A stretch of 63,166 nucleotides of DNA, filler included, from Globobulimina sp. (lineage: Eukaryota): NCBI GenBank assembly GCA_003354225.1. It is 38 parts of 38 records of this genome, joined end to end, with 100 filler letters (N's around TTAATTAATTAA, not from the genome) between each part and the next. Parts side by side here need not be neighbours in the genome. Positions count along the whole stretch, not along the records: positions 11,663 to 13,228 come from PIVH01014756.1; positions 13,329 to 14,894 come from PIVH01014757.1; positions 14,995 to 16,560 come from PIVH01014758.1; positions 16,661 to 18,225 come from PIVH01014759.1; positions 18,326 to 19,890 come from PIVH01014760.1; positions 19,991 to 21,555 come from PIVH01014761.1; positions 21,656 to 23,220 come from PIVH01014762.1; positions 23,321 to 24,885 come from PIVH01014763.1; 30 more parts are not named here. One strand, given 5' to 3'. The translations under genes and the position numbers were made by a program. The notes under the pieces are model-generated. The model was not told the DNA's origin, made no database searches, and saw only the letters and a list, made by a program, of their open reading frames with translations. This document shows positions 13,127 through 25,765 of this stretch, one piece after another; position 1 is the first letter of the stretch, and each line of letters opens with the position of its first letter.

Positions 13127-13693
13127 TATATGCAGTATATATATGATTATATGTTATTTTGATTTAAATTTGAATTTTTTTTCTTGATTTGTTTTTTTTT
13201 GCTTTGTTTGTGTGTTTTTAACGGCTATNNNNNNNNNNNNNNNNNNNNNNNNNNNNNNNNNNNNNNNNNNNNTTAATTAATTAANNNNNNNNNNNNNNNN
13301 NNNNNNNNNNNNNNNNNNNNNNNNNNNNCACGGCAACAGCCAGCAAACCAATTGCAATGCAATGAAGAAGAAGGTTTTGCTGCATACACTCATCAATAGT
13401 TTGCATGTAATGTGATAGATTGATATATTGATGACATCCCATAAAGTAAACTCATAAAATGTAAATTATACAACCAGTCCAATATTCACTAAAGAAACTA
13501 TTTTTCCTTTTTTAGTTGAGCTAGATGAGTCTAATTTGTTGTAATAACGCTCCATACACTGCACTCCACCACAATGAAAATTAGATCAATATATTAATAG
13601 TCACTGCAGTCACAACTATTGAGCTAATTTTAATTTTGGTGATCGGATTGCAACTTTTGGAGTTGCTCAAACGTACAAAAAAACCTCCTCAAC

Positions 13694-14894
13694 ATGCATT
13701 CCTCAAAACTGTTACCTCATGGCGTTACTCTGCACAGTCATCTTACCAAAAGTCAGCAACTACTCACAAACATATGGTGCCATCAATTCCATGCCTCCAA
13801 CCCTTCTCATTTCCCAGTCTCTGACTACAACGTATTCTGGTTACGGCAGCCACGAAAATGGGATTTTATTTCGTGTGGCAACCATCCGGAAATGCATCCC
13901 GGTCAAAGCGTGCCTAATCAAGAAGCACGTGTCTTATTTGCGCGCCACACTCCGCAACACAAGAAACGGAGACCGAAATCGGAAGATACCTTCAATCGAT
14001 GGTGGGAAATCCCGGCGTGGGAACATGACAAACCCGGTGCTCGCATCCCGTGTACACTGAGCAGCAAAGATGAGGGAATTATTGATTTTACCTTAGATCG
14101 ATCGCGCGTCAATTTGATCGACGTTGATTTGCGAGCAAGATGCACTTTGTTCAATTTGTATATGCGTTCACCGAATAATTTGTCCATGACTCCGCATCAA
14201 ATCATTCAGGACTCTTGGAAACATTTTACAAATCACAATCAGACAGAAACAGAAACGGAAACGGAAACGCAAACAGATTGTAACAGCAATTATTATTTGA
14301 AGAGGTTCGAAGCGAACAACGAGTTATGGCGGCAATCAACTTTGAGCACACAATTTGTGAGCCATTATCAGATTTTTCTGAAGGATATCAAACGGAGAAT
14401 GATATTCGATGACATTGAACAACTGCACTTTGAGCAGTACATAGCCAACACCCCAATGAGTGTGATAATTCCCTGCAGATTCTATGGATTGGACCAATGG
14501 TTTCCGATAAACAGCGAGGGATTCTTCCAATGGAGGGTTTAGTGCAATTATTATTTCATTTGATTGAATATTCTCGAAATTGTTTGTTTCTTTTTCTTTT
14601 TTTAAGGCGCCGCGAAAGAACGACCGGCCGAGGTACATTCAGCACGAATATGAGATTGAGTTTGTTTGGGATGGCAAGGACATCAATGCGATACCGAGGC
14701 ATTTGTCCATCACTGTGGAACAATTTTGTTTGCCCTGGAAAACCGAGATCACTTTGGCGGACATTAACTTTCCTGATAATTTGGTGCCGCTCAAACATCC
14801 TAGCGATATTAAGATTTTGTCATTGGATTTCAGCAAAATGCACAAGAAACAGGAGGACAAAGTGCAGCAAGAAGAGGAAGAGGAAGCCATTGAC
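13694..14894 (+). CDS. Divergent ribosomal protein bL25/CTC-like, probably mitochondrial; intron 14537-14606; 3' truncated
   Basis: GARIPCTL resembles GxIPAVIY; IFLKDIKR...IEQLHF...VIIPCRFYG resembles the bL25 core; EIEFV..IPRHLSITV...EITLADINFPDNL resembles the CTC C-domain; presequence-like N-terminus. Confidence 0.55.
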
Positions 14895-14994
14895 NNNNNN
14901 NNNNNNNNNNNNNNNNNNNNNNNNNNNNNNNNNNNNNNTTAATTAATTAANNNNNNNNNNNNNNNNNNNNNNNNNNNNNNNNNNNNNNNNNNNN

Positions 14995-15541
14995 AACTAT
15001 TCATACGAATATTTGTTGGTGAAGAGAGATGACACATTTTATACTTCTCATTATTTGACGCAAAATAAATGGTTGGTTCGGAAAAGGTAAACATTCCAAT
15101 ACATGACAATATCGATGAGATAACACATAAAACCTTACAATAATGAAACTTTTCAGTTGATATTTGATATGGTGTTGATTTAAAAAAATAATAAATGCGA
15201 GATAAAAAAAACGAATATAAACAATATTGATGTGAAGAAGTCAGGACAAAACATACAGACATCACTATATTACAATATTCGTCAATGATATGACTGAAAT
15301 AAATATGAAATGATGGAAACAAAGAATTGTTCAACAATAAGCAAAACACTACACCAAAGAATAAATATATTATCAACGATATTAATGCATATAGTTTTAA
15401 TGTTAAATATGGGATTGGTGAGCTTCTAAAATGACATATTAATGTTATAATAGCAACTGTAATAACTACGGCTGAAATTAAAGTTCCAATTGCAAACGCT
15501 TGCATTGTTAACAGTGTTTCGTCCAAGTGATTGGAAATCAT
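14995..15541 (-). CDS. Multi-pass (7TM-like) membrane protein, 3' truncated
   Basis: Four hydrophobic helices; RIYYFFKSTPY resembles RTERSFRGSHL in the 48365-49492 protein. Confidence 0.6.
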
Positions 15542-16109
15542 GTTGTCGCTGCTTTACAAGTATTGGATTGGCGTTGCAAGATTTTTGTTGAAATATTCAT
15601 GTTTTCACTAAAAAACATTCTTTGTTAAAAGATGATTTTAAATCTTTTTTAATTATATATTTGACCGCGGACTTATTTGTTGAGATTATATTTGTGGGTA
15701 AATTAAAGGCCTACCATATATATTGGTAAGTAAGTAGTAAGTATTATTATTTATAGACGTTGACAAACGCCAAAAACACACCAAAAACCAAACAAAAACA
15801 AGAATAAAAAAAAAACACAAAAGGTAACAAAAATAAAACAAAACTTCTGAAAAAATTACGTAAAACGTTTTCTAACAACAACAAAAACAAAAAAAAACAT
15901 GCACAGAAACAACATGCAAACAAAAAAAGAATACCAATTAAACTCCCAAACGCCTCAAATGTAATACAAAAACATAATATAAATAGTTCTTGACACAAAT
16001 CTAACATTCTCATAATTCTATCAATCGTTTTCTTTATATATTTTTGCTACCTTTTGTGTTATATTTAATTTAAAAAAAAATAATAGAAATGGTTGGGTTG
16101 TTTGACTTT

Positions 16110-16560
16110 TTACATATTATTCGGATTCATATTGTTATTGATCCGCCATTTCCGCACCGCCATTCCGTTCAACATCACCCCGGTGTATGGATGATATGTC
16201 TCTTTCAATAAATAATGATGCGACCAATTACATTTCCCGCCTTTTCGACAACCTTCAAACGTATTGAACTCCCAACACACATTCTGCACATTATACTGAT
16301 CAAAAATCTTAATTCTCCCGCTCCCGCTCTCCAATTTATGTTCTTTAAAATTCAATTTTATACTCTTCGTTTCCGACACCACCGCACTTTTCACCGGTTC
16401 CGCGTCGATTTTTCGCTCGATTTTCTCCTCCATCAACGATAAAAATTTATCCTTCAAATCCTGCGCACTCACTTCCTTCACTTCAACTTGCTTTTTCTCC
16501 TCTTTTTCAACTCGTGGCACCATAATATCCCCTTTGATGATTTCCGCTTTTTTATTCGGA
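16110..16560 (-). CDS. C-terminus of a CCCH zinc-finger protein
   Basis: C-x8-C-x5-C-x3-H: CWEFNTFEGCRKGGKCNWSH. Confidence 0.75.
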
Positions 16561-16821
16561 NNNNNNNNNNNNNNNNNNNNNNNNNNNNNNNNNNNNNNNN
16601 NNNNTTAATTAATTAANNNNNNNNNNNNNNNNNNNNNNNNNNNNNNNNNNNNNNNNNNNNCTGCCAAAAACTTTAAAAAACTTAGTCAATCACAACAGAA
16701 GTGTGAACCTAAAAAGTCAAATGTTTATTAAAATAAATTTTTAATATTAATAATAAATATTTAATAGTTTACAAATTACTATATGTACAAAAATAATTAG
16801 TATACAAAATAATTAGTATTA

Positions 16822-18087
16822 TTAATATTGATAACAAGCAACAAAATCAGTGGTCCATTCTTGATATAAATAATGAAACCAATCTTTAACTCGTGGTAAA
16901 CATGTTTGTTGTTTTGGAGATAGCCTTTTTACTCTTTTCCCATTTACTAAATTGATCATATCACTGTTATTACATTTTTTGAATGTTTCACATAAATGTT
17001 GCATTGTGTCAGGGTGTTCCATTGTGGTCGGACAAAACCGGGTATAATACGGCAAATAATTCATTCCACGACATCCGATGGTCGACGGTGTGGTATAACG
17101 CACCGTCATTCTTCTATTAATAAATGATAAATTATGCTGTCTTCCTCTGTGAAGAAATGAATCAATAAATATAACTACATCACCTCGATTTAATTTAACA
17201 TCCATAATCTCATTACTCCGCTTATTATCAAATTTATCATCATCTAATTTTTGTGCAAGACCGCATATGCTTTTACTTTCGCTGTCATTATTTAATAAAT
17301 GAGAGCGAGGATACACTTGAAGAGTATATTTTAATTCATTCTCATTCGAATTCTCATTCTCGAGCTCATAACCGGTCTCATCCAATGGTATCCAGACTGA
17401 CATTCCATTTCCTGTAAAAAAACTATACGTTTCGCCACCATCTACGTATTTCTTTAACTTGGATTGAAAGGGAGTTAACATAACGGCCGCATGCCAGGAG
17501 CCAAAGCCATCCGCAGTTTTTTGTTTGCCGCCCAAACCAACAAACTTTTTTTTAGCAGGATCCGTAATATGAAAATGAACATCGCCAACACCTAACGACG
17601 AATCTGTTAACGCAGTTAAATTATTGGTGTTTTCTAACAATTTGGACATTAATGTCATCCATGGAAGATTTGTAATTATGTGTTCAAACTCATCATCAGC
17701 GATCGCGTTATGTATATATGGAATTTGGTCAATACTTCGTCCAAAATATTTCAATATCTTATATAAAAGAGGTGGATTTTCAAACACGCGATCTACATAA
17801 ATTGAAAACATATCGACTATTTCGAGTGGAATTACATTTCTATAAATTAAATAACCATTTTCATAAAAAAAATGCATTTCATCGTCTGTTATTGCCATCT
17901 CATTCTTTAATGATGTAAATTCATTAATTATTTGCATTATGTCTGGTTCTCTATACATTTTCGATAATGTGGCATCTTCAAATGATGGAATTCTTGTTAA
18001 TGTATACGATAATTCGTCTAAATATACATAAAGTAGTGATACTAATACTACAGCTACTGCTAAAATACGTTGATACCCTGACAACAT
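16822..18087 (-). CDS. PhyH-like Fe(II)/2-oxoglutarate dioxygenase with N-terminal signal anchor
   Basis: FFYENGYLIYRNVIP, SVWIPLD, LQVYPRSH, RGDVVIF..FLHRG and RRMTVRY motifs. Confidence 0.8.
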   Translation of the reverse strand: MLSGYQRILAVAVVLVSLLYVYLDELSYTLTRIPSFEDATLSKMYREPDIMQIINEFTSLKNEMAITDDEMHFFYENGYLIYRNVIPLEIVDMFSIYVDRVFENPPLLYKILKYFGRSIDQIPYIHNAIADDEFEHIITNLPWMTLMSKLLENTNNLTALTDSSLGVGDVHFHITDPAKKKFVGLGGKQKTADGFGSWHAAVMLTPFQSKLKKYVDGGETYSFFTGNGMSVWIPLDETGYELENENSNENELKYTLQVYPRSHLLNNDSESKSICGLAQKLDDDKFDNKRSNEIMDVKLNRGDVVIFIDSFLHRGRQHNLSFINRRMTVRYTTPSTIGCRGMNYLPYYTRFCPTTMEHPDTMQHLCETFKKCNNSDMINLVNGKRVKRLSPKQQTCLPRVKDWFHYLYQEWTTDFVACYQY

Positions 18088-18365
18088 TTGGTTTGGTTAG
18101 TGGTCACTCTGAAAGTTTTTCAAGTGCACAACGACAATACAGTAGTAACAATAACTGCACCAACAAACTTTATGCAGCCTACAAATGGTTATGAGTACAA
18201 TGAATATGATGACTGCATCGAGATCNNNNNNNNNNNNNNNNNNNNNNNNNNNNNNNNNNNNNNNNNNNNTTAATTAATTAANNNNNNNNNNNNNNNNNNN
18301 NNNNNNNNNNNNNNNNNNNNNNNNNTGTATTATTATACTTTGCTTAGTAACCCAAAACTAAAACA

Positions 18366-18450
18366 AATAACATGCATAACATATACAACACATAACATAT
18401 ATACAATTAACACATAACATATATACAATTAACACATAACATATACAATG
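18366..18450 (+). repeat. Intronic minisatellite (~22-bp unit aattaacacataacatatatac)
   Basis: About 3-4 imperfect tandem copies ahead of the AG acceptor at 18470. Confidence 0.8.
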
Positions 18451-18470
18451 CACATCATTAATATATTTAG

Positions 18471-19848
18471 GTGGAATGTACAGATAAACCGGAAGCAACG
18501 GGATTCTCTCAAACAATGGATACAAAACAATATCAATTATCAAATGATGAATGGGCAGTAAATATTATTGATACACCAGGCATTGGAGATACATCGGGTG
18601 TTGCAGCAGATGTAAAACATATGGATAATATCGTTGATTTCTTAGGTAATTATGGCGATTTCAATGCAGTCTGTATATTATTAAAACGTGGCACAGCCAG
18701 ATTGACCACACGAATGCAATATATTGTAAATGAATTAAAATCAAATATGCCAAAAGATGTTCAATCGAATTTTGTGGTTGTTATGACTCGTTCTGATGTA
18801 CCAGTACCAGACAAAGATACTATGGCAGTCATAAATGGATTAAAGTTACCATCCGGTAATATTATACCTATTAATAATGTAGCATACGAAGAGTTAGATG
18901 TATCCTCATATCCGGCCGATTCACCAATAATTAAAATTGTTCAAAGTCGACAAAAAACTGATTACGTATCCAATCATCAATATTTACAAATTCTGTTAGA
19001 AACTGCCCGTAAAATGAAATTATATCAAGGACATAAAATGAAAAGCTTAAAAGTAAAGCGTGATATGTTAAAAGAAGATGTTGGTTTATTAAAAATGACG
19101 ATTGATGATTCATTCAAAGTAGAAAAACAATTTAAAGAACAACTTGCAGCATTTGAAAAAGCAAAATCTGAAGCTGCGCTAAACGAAGCATATAACGAAA
19201 GCAATGAGCACATAGAATATGATTATTATAAAGAAACAGGGAAAATAACAACAAGTTGTAATGCCTGTTCAAGAGCGTGCCATATTAATTGTCATTTGAG
19301 TTATGGCGATGATTTAAATAGATGTTGGTGTGCTGGATCCGGTGGAAATTGCAAAGTATGCGGTCATTCAGTCAAAGTACATACTCATTTAGGTATTTGT
19401 CGATTTATTATTGTGAATTAATACAAAATGAAAATTGATATATTTAGGTTGGAAATCACGATCAAAAAAAGTTACAAAAACCGTAACAAATGAAGGTAAA
19501 AAATTAAAATTTATGGAGGCTGAAGAAAAGAAAAAAGTGATTCAACAAAGGAAAAAGGAATTAAATGATAATTTAAAAAACTTAGATAAGAAACGTGATA
19601 AATGTACGAAAGAAATACAAAGTAACTACGCTGAATTACAAGAAATTGCAATTATAGGTTATAATGAATCATTTGAGCAATATATGACTGAATGCAAAAA
19701 GGCTGTGGAAAAAGATGGAAATATAACTCGAGAAGAAAAAGAGGAAAGAATTGGAATGTTTACCCACGCAATTTCGACATTTCAATTTTTTAAAGATGCA
19801 ATAAAGGGGAAATTACAAAATGTGGTTAACTCTATTTTCTATGACTAG
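18471..19848 (+). CDS. AIG1/septin-like P-loop GTPase with Cys/His-rich zinc-binding region and coiled coil; intron 19393-19447; 5' truncated
   Basis: SQT (G2), IIDTPGIGDT (G3), VVMTRSD (G4); CNAC..CHINC..C..CKVCGH..H.H. Confidence 0.8.
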
Positions 19849-20215
19849 CATTATATAAGCTGCTATGTTATTGAAATCATTTTTTTTATTNNNNNNNNNN
19901 NNNNNNNNNNNNNNNNNNNNNNNNNNNNNNNNNNTTAATTAATTAANNNNNNNNNNNNNNNNNNNNNNNNNNNNNNNNNNNNNNNNNNNNATAATAAAAA
20001 CGGAAGAGACAAAAAACATAATCAGCACTTTAACCTTTTAAAATAGATTAGACAACAAAAAAAAACACAACATACACTATGACATTATTATTATTTATAA
20101 CACAACATATTACTTTTCGATTGCTCATAGAAAACAATAAAAAAATAAAACTATTTATCCCAAACAAATTAAACCCTTTTATTCATTCGAATTGATTATT
20201 AAATTAAATATCAAA

Positions 20216-21448
20216 TCAACTGCTAAATAATTGTTTAATATGATTTAATAACAAATATTGATCATTAATCTCAATCACACCCATTCGATGTAAGTCAATC
20301 GTCGTTACTTTGGTTAACATGGCACCGTTCATATCTTTTTGAGTCATATTATAGAACAACATATCTTTATATTTAGTAAACCATCCATTTTCTAATCGAC
20401 ATATCCATTGAATGATATCAGTCACATTCCATAATAACACCTTATTCACTTGACATACATTAATATAATTATTATAAACAAGTTTATATTTATCATTCAC
20501 GTAATGGCTATATTTCTTTTCCTCATCCAACCCACTTAAAATCGAGCTATTTTCTAATATCAACTGACTATTTATCAATTGTAATCTTTTGATTTCTAAA
20601 TGCAATGAGTTCATAAACGCCATTTGTGGTAAATTATCGTCGATCAATACGGGATTGATTATACAATCTGAAATCACCCCATCCGGATCCTTCGCTACAT
20701 CAACCGCATCAGACTCTGTTTTATCTGCTTGCTGTGTCGGAGGAGCTGGCGGTGTTCGGTGTGGTGGTGGAGGTACACACGAATCACGTAAAAACAACGG
20801 CCCTTTGGTGCTGCTAATCGGTGAGTTGCTGTAAGTACTGGCACCTGTGCTATATCCACAGCATTGATCTTGAGACTGTAACTCTGTAAGACCTAATTTC
20901 GATGGCTTCGACTTACTTAATTTCGTACGTCTGGGCACGTGCCAATGTGTGAAATATAACGGGAACTGACGAAATAAAACGTTTTCTAATTTTTGTTTCA
21001 CGAATATGGCAGCATTGATGGTGTCAAATGACAATATACATTTATTGGATGGTTTGACTATTTTGGGGGGAAATAATTGGATGTCAAATGAATTATAATT
21101 TAATGACAAGATCCATGTTTCAAATGCTTTGCTACTCATAATATTGTTCACATTCGATAACGTGATTTGGAAATTATTTTTAGATATTTGCGTTGCGGAT
21201 GCCTTTGGTTTCCGGCCACTGGAAATATAATTGGTGGAAAATGATTTAATTAATTTATCCGACGCATCTTTGCTCCGCACTGAGAAATAGCCCATCCGTT
21301 CAGAATTTGCTAAAAATATATCACGAACGGATTGGGATGATTTTGATGTAATGAATTTAAATAAATCTGGTAGGAAAGCTGCGTCGGTCCATTCAGGTTT
21401 TATCTCAAGTTCGAGATAATATTTTTTTCGAGATGTTGGGCATGCCAT
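20216..21448 (-). CDS. Protein with RRM-like N-terminal folds and a C-terminal SAM domain
   Basis: WNVTDIIQWI..L...MNGAML..VT..DLHRMGV...LLNHIKQL is a SAM motif; CILSFDTINAA is RNP1-like. Confidence 0.65.
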   Translation of the reverse strand: MACPTSRKKYYLELEIKPEWTDAAFLPDLFKFITSKSSQSVRDIFLANSERMGYFSVRSKDASDKLIKSFSTNYISSGRKPKASATQISKNNFQITLSNVNNIMSSKAFETWILSLNYNSFDIQLFPPKIVKPSNKCILSFDTINAAIFVKQKLENVLFRQFPLYFTHWHVPRRTKLSKSKPSKLGLTELQSQDQCCGYSTGASTYSNSPISSTKGPLFLRDSCVPPPPHRTPPAPPTQQADKTESDAVDVAKDPDGVISDCIINPVLIDDNLPQMAFMNSLHLEIKRLQLINSQLILENSSILSGLDEEKKYSHYVNDKYKLVYNNYINVCQVNKVLLWNVTDIIQWICRLENGWFTKYKDMLFYNMTQKDMNGAMLTKVTTIDLHRMGVIEINDQYLLLNHIKQLFSS

Positions 21449-21655
21449 TTTAGGATATTATGAATATGGCAAAGAGTAATTGAGTGAATGGTCGCTTTCT
21501 AGTAGTAGGTTTATTTAAAAAAAACATTAATTTAAATATATACACTCTGTGCCTCNNNNNNNNNNNNNNNNNNNNNNNNNNNNNNNNNNNNNNNNNNNNT
21601 TAATTAATTAANNNNNNNNNNNNNNNNNNNNNNNNNNNNNNNNNNNNNNNNNNNN

Positions 21656-22498
21656 GATATGTCCGTCCTTGACTGTCCAAATCATGAAACACTATCAAAT
21701 AAATTATATTTCGCAATAACATGTTGTCTGTGGTCCAATAAAATAGATTTAAATTTTAAGCCAGGAAAATCGGAAAAATTACAACAAATTTCAATAAATG
21801 CAAATGATAAGAATTTATTACATGATGACAGGCACAAAATTGTAACATTTTTCATGAAACAAAAAGGGATAAAAACAAAAACATGCGTTTCTATAGTTTG
21901 TGATAATTCCGGTGCCGAGTTTTTAAATGATTTAATGCTTTGCGATACTTTATTAAAATATAAAATCACACAACAAATTACATTGCATGTAAAGTTATAT
22001 CCGACCTATGTCTCAGATGTAACACTTATTGATATTGATACACATTTAAGTCATTTATATGCTCAATCATTTAATAATATGTTTGACCAACAATCTAGAA
22101 ATCAATTAACAAATTTATATCTGAGACTAACCGGATATTTAAAAACAAGTAAATTAATATTAAAAGATGATCATTTTTGGAATTCTGGTGACTGTTTTGA
22201 TAAAATACCAATGGATTTGGTTAATCATTATTTTAGCAATGATTGCATGGTAATATTTAAAGGAGATGCAAATTACAGGAGATTAGTTTTGGCAAAAATG
22301 TGGAATCCATCAATTGAGTTTGATAAAGTAATTGGATCATATTTTAAAACTAATTTGATTACGTTAAGAACAATGAAAAGTGACTGTGTCATTGGAATTG
22401 ATAAAGAGGTGATAGCAAAAGTTGAGGCTGAAGACGTTCATTGGACACCCAACGGGAAACGTGGGGTAATACAATGCTATCAGATCAAATACAGTTGA
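21656..22498 (+). CDS. ARMT1/DUF89 damage-control phosphatase, 5' truncated
   Basis: LWSNKIDL, CDNSGAEF..DL, HVK.YPTYVSDVT, FKGDANYRRL and LRTMKSD motifs. Confidence 0.9.
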   Translation, partial: DMSVLDCPNHETLSNKLYFAITCCLWSNKIDLNFKPGKSEKLQQISINANDKNLLHDDRHKIVTFFMKQKGIKTKTCVSIVCDNSGAEFLNDLMLCDTLLKYKITQQITLHVKLYPTYVSDVTLIDIDTHLSHLYAQSFNNMFDQQSRNQLTNLYLRLTGYLKTSKLILKDDHFWNSGDCFDKIPMDLVNHYFSNDCMVIFKGDANYRRLVLAKMWNPSIEFDKVIGSYFKTNLITLRTMKSDCVIGIDKEVIAKVEAEDVHWTPNGKRGVIQCYQIKYS

Positions 22499-22560
22499 TT
22501 CTAAATCACTGTTAATCACACGTAATTTTTGATGACGTTTTTGCTTTATAAATGATTTGA

Positions 22561-22851
22561 TTAAACCAGGTTTGCAGCGGATTTCCTTTTTTTGAATTTC
22601 AATTTCTGGCAGCTGTTAAATACCATGATATTCATAATTACAATTCCGATGACAGCAGATGATAAAAAAACTGACAGATGTTTTGAATTCCAAACCATTA
22701 CTGCCTTTCCATCCACTTTCTTAAAATTCTTTTTAGATAAAGTTAGCTCCAAGCAATCCGGGTCAGATATATCACAATTTTCATTGTGTAGAGCACAAAT
22801 AAACTCTATTAATAACAACCACACCATAACAATACTTTGCCACGACGACAT
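22561..22851 (-). CDS. Small single-pass membrane protein
   Basis: Signal peptide-like N-terminus, TM helix and basic tail; complete ATG-to-TAA ORF. Confidence 0.5.
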   Translation of the reverse strand: MSSWQSIVMVWLLLIEFICALHNENCDISDPDCLELTLSKKNFKKVDGKAVMVWNSKHLSVFLSSAVIGIVIMNIMVFNSCQKLKFKKRKSAANLV

Positions 22852-22924
22852 TTGTTTAACAAAAAATTGTTTTGAAGTGTCGCTTCAGACTTCAGTTCCT
22901 TGCATCAGTTATCCAGACCTCTAG

Positions 22925-22952
22925 CAAATCCAAATCCAAATCCAAATCCAAT
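22925..22952 (+). repeat. (AAATCC)n microsatellite
   Basis: caaatccaaatccaaatccaaatccaa. Confidence 0.8.
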
Positions 22953-23448
22953 GGTATGTATTGTTTTATGAGCGCTAAATATTTAGCAAAACTCATGCAA
23001 AATACAGGTAACTAAAATAGCAGCAATAGCAATGGCAATGATCACAGATATAATAAATCCTCAATTGCAATCAGAAGATGAACTGAGAAATACAAGAAAT
23101 AAACACACAACCAATGATGTATCATCATATAAATCAATTATTAAAAAACTGGACATAATAGACAAGGATTGGAGTGATAAAATTCATAAATTGGAATTGG
23201 GGATTTGTGATTTTATTATTNNNNNNNNNNNNNNNNNNNNNNNNNNNNNNNNNNNNNNNNNNNNTTAATTAATTAANNNNNNNNNNNNNNNNNNNNNNNN
23301 NNNNNNNNNNNNNNNNNNNNTGGTGTGATATAATATAATATTATATTTATATAATATTATAAAAATAAGATAAGAAGCAACAAAAACAATGAGTACTAAT
23401 ACTCTTCAAATTACAATATAATAACTACAATATATATTTTCTTCATCT

Positions 23449-24885
23449 TCATTCTTGGTGTTTTATTGGATCAAAAAATGTTAATAAACGCGGTGCATTT
23501 GGTCCTTGACGGAAGCCATAATGACAACTATTTAAACATCGAAAATAACAGCACCAAATTGTAAAACATAAATCTGCATTTCCATAATCTTCAACTCGTA
23601 TTATTGATGCTGTGTTAATTGCATTTGCTTTACTTGCAACAGTCTCTAATGATAATTGTATTTTTTGTGACGATACACAACATAAACATAATGCTAATTT
23701 CTTTGTATTTTTTCTTTTTGAAACCCCTTTTGTTGGCGATGATATTCCGGAGATTCGATCTTTTAAATTATTTGAAAAAAAAGAATCATTAAATTCTTGT
23801 TGTACAACTTTATGCATTCTGTATCTATTCGAACCATAACATATAACAAATGGTATCATTAATGGATCAAATTTATATTTTTTATAAATATCCTGTCTCA
23901 TTATTAAGCAAATTGAAAATATAAAATAATAAATAAAAAATATCACAAAATTATATATCAAAATACAAATAATTGTAAATGAAAACCAATACCATTCAAT
24001 ATTGTTTATACTATCATGTAATAGCAAACTGTCATTAAATAACATACTCATATCAGTACCACTGCATTTTACTATATTGCTATTACTATCGACAGATATA
24101 TCATATTGTTTTGCTAAATGCATCTCACAAACTATAAAAACACTTAAATATATACATAACAACAATACGATGCATCGAGCAAATGTCCTACAGTGATGAT
24201 TAAAATTATAATGTTCTCTCATAATCCTCCGTCGTTGTATAAAATCATCGCGAATCACATCTTTATCCGCAGCAAACGCACTGTCATAAATATCCATACT
24301 CACATTAAATACCTGTTCATTAAAGATCTGTCCATGGCCACCATCGTCAACCCCAACGCGCGCGCTTGTCACTGAAGCATCAGTCGAACGCATCGAATCC
24401 ACAGTTTTCCTTTTCAACAATGTAAGATGTGGTTTGCCTGCTTTCCCATCAATATCGATATCATGCATCTGCTGCATGGCATGTTCAGTGCCAAGTCTTT
24501 GTAAACCGCCCGTTGTCTCCACACTTCTGTCCGTTGTGCCTCTGTCTAACATCCCTTGTGATGCTATTGTCCGCAATGTTAAATTATTGAGTGATGTTCT
24601 TAAAGTCCCCGTTGGTGTACTCAACGCCTTATATACATCATTATCATCGCCAAATATATCAATGCTGTCTTGTATCTTATCATTGATAGATTGCCGATCC
24701 TCCTTCTTGTCGTGATACACATTCAATGACATAATGTGTACAATGTCTATTTTAATGGATTTCTGCCCTAATAAGTATTGCTGTGCTCGCGACGATGGCA
24801 ATATAGTCACAATCACCATACCAGACGGGTTTACTTCTTTTATTCTCACTTTTAAGCCATCAAACAACTGAAAAGCATTTGGTTT
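23449..24885 (-). CDS. Unknown membrane protein, C-terminal part
   Basis: Long ORF (over 470 aa) with two TM helices; no family recognised. Confidence 0.6.
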   Translation of the reverse strand, partial: KPNAFQLFDGLKVRIKEVNPSGMVIVTILPSSRAQQYLLGQKSIKIDIVHIMSLNVYHDKKEDRQSINDKIQDSIDIFGDDNDVYKALSTPTGTLRTSLNNLTLRTIASQGMLDRGTTDRSVETTGGLQRLGTEHAMQQMHDIDIDGKAGKPHLTLLKRKTVDSMRSTDASVTSARVGVDDGGHGQIFNEQVFNVSMDIYDSAFAADKDVIRDDFIQRRRIMREHYNFNHHCRTFARCIVLLLCIYLSVFIVCEMHLAKQYDISVDSNSNIVKCSGTDMSMLFNDSLLLHDSINNIEWYWFSFTIICILIYNFVIFFIYYFIFSICLIMRQDIYKKYKFDPLMIPFVICYGSNRYRMHKVVQQEFNDSFFSNNLKDRISGISSPTKGVSKRKNTKKLALCLCCVSSQKIQLSLETVASKANAINTASIIRVEDYGNADLCFTIWCCYFRCLNSCHYGFRQGPNAPRLLTFFDPIKHQE

Positions 24886-25765
24886 NNNNNNNNNNNNNNN
24901 NNNNNNNNNNNNNNNNNNNNNNNNNNNNNTTAATTAATTAANNNNNNNNNNNNNNNNNNNNNNNNNNNNNNNNNNNNNNNNNNNNTGCTGCGCGGCTCCA
25001 TAGAGTCCTGTTGGTAAAAATGCTGCCCATGCTATGCGATGCTTTGCTTTGTTGTTAAAATGGGATATGATCAATAACTATAATATATAAATAATATTTT
25101 TTTTTTTACAGTTTATTTATATATTTATTGATCATTATTTTTTATTTGCTATTCCTTCATTTTTAACTCCTTTTTATAAATAATATTTTATGTATTATTT
25201 TTATTACAGTATGTTTTTGTATTTTTAAAATTGGATAATTGAAAGTATCGGCAAATTGCCAGTACTCGTCATTGTTCAATATAGATTAAACAAATTAATT
25301 TGTGCTTTTTTAATATTTTTATTTATTTGTAGTTTAATACATTTTGATTCTATTTATTTTGTGTTCGAATGTTGTCCTGATATAAAATATTCAATTAAAA
25401 TATAATTGTTGTAATCGTAGTTGTGACCTGTTTTAAATCCTATTTTGAATACTGGTCCTTGCACAATGAAAACGCTAAATATTGGTCAACTCTTTTCGTG
25501 TCAAATGTCAACAATATATCCTCTATTTGATAGTTCCAGTTTGATAGTTCCAATACTCAAACAGTAAATGTCTTACTGTTCATAAAACGAACTTTAGAAC
25601 TTGCCGAAACAGTAAAAAAAAGTGCAGGAAAGGTTATAAAAAAAGTACGTAAAAGAGAAAAAATAAAATAAATATTTTATTGCAAAAAACGCCTATAAAA
25701 AACACTATAATAATCATAGTAGTCGTGGTACAAAATTCAATCAGGACGCAAGTCCGATTCCAGAC

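Noticed and set aside
22925-22952. (AAATCC)n as a possible telomeric repeat
   Set aside because: Only ~4.5 internal copies, not at a contig end
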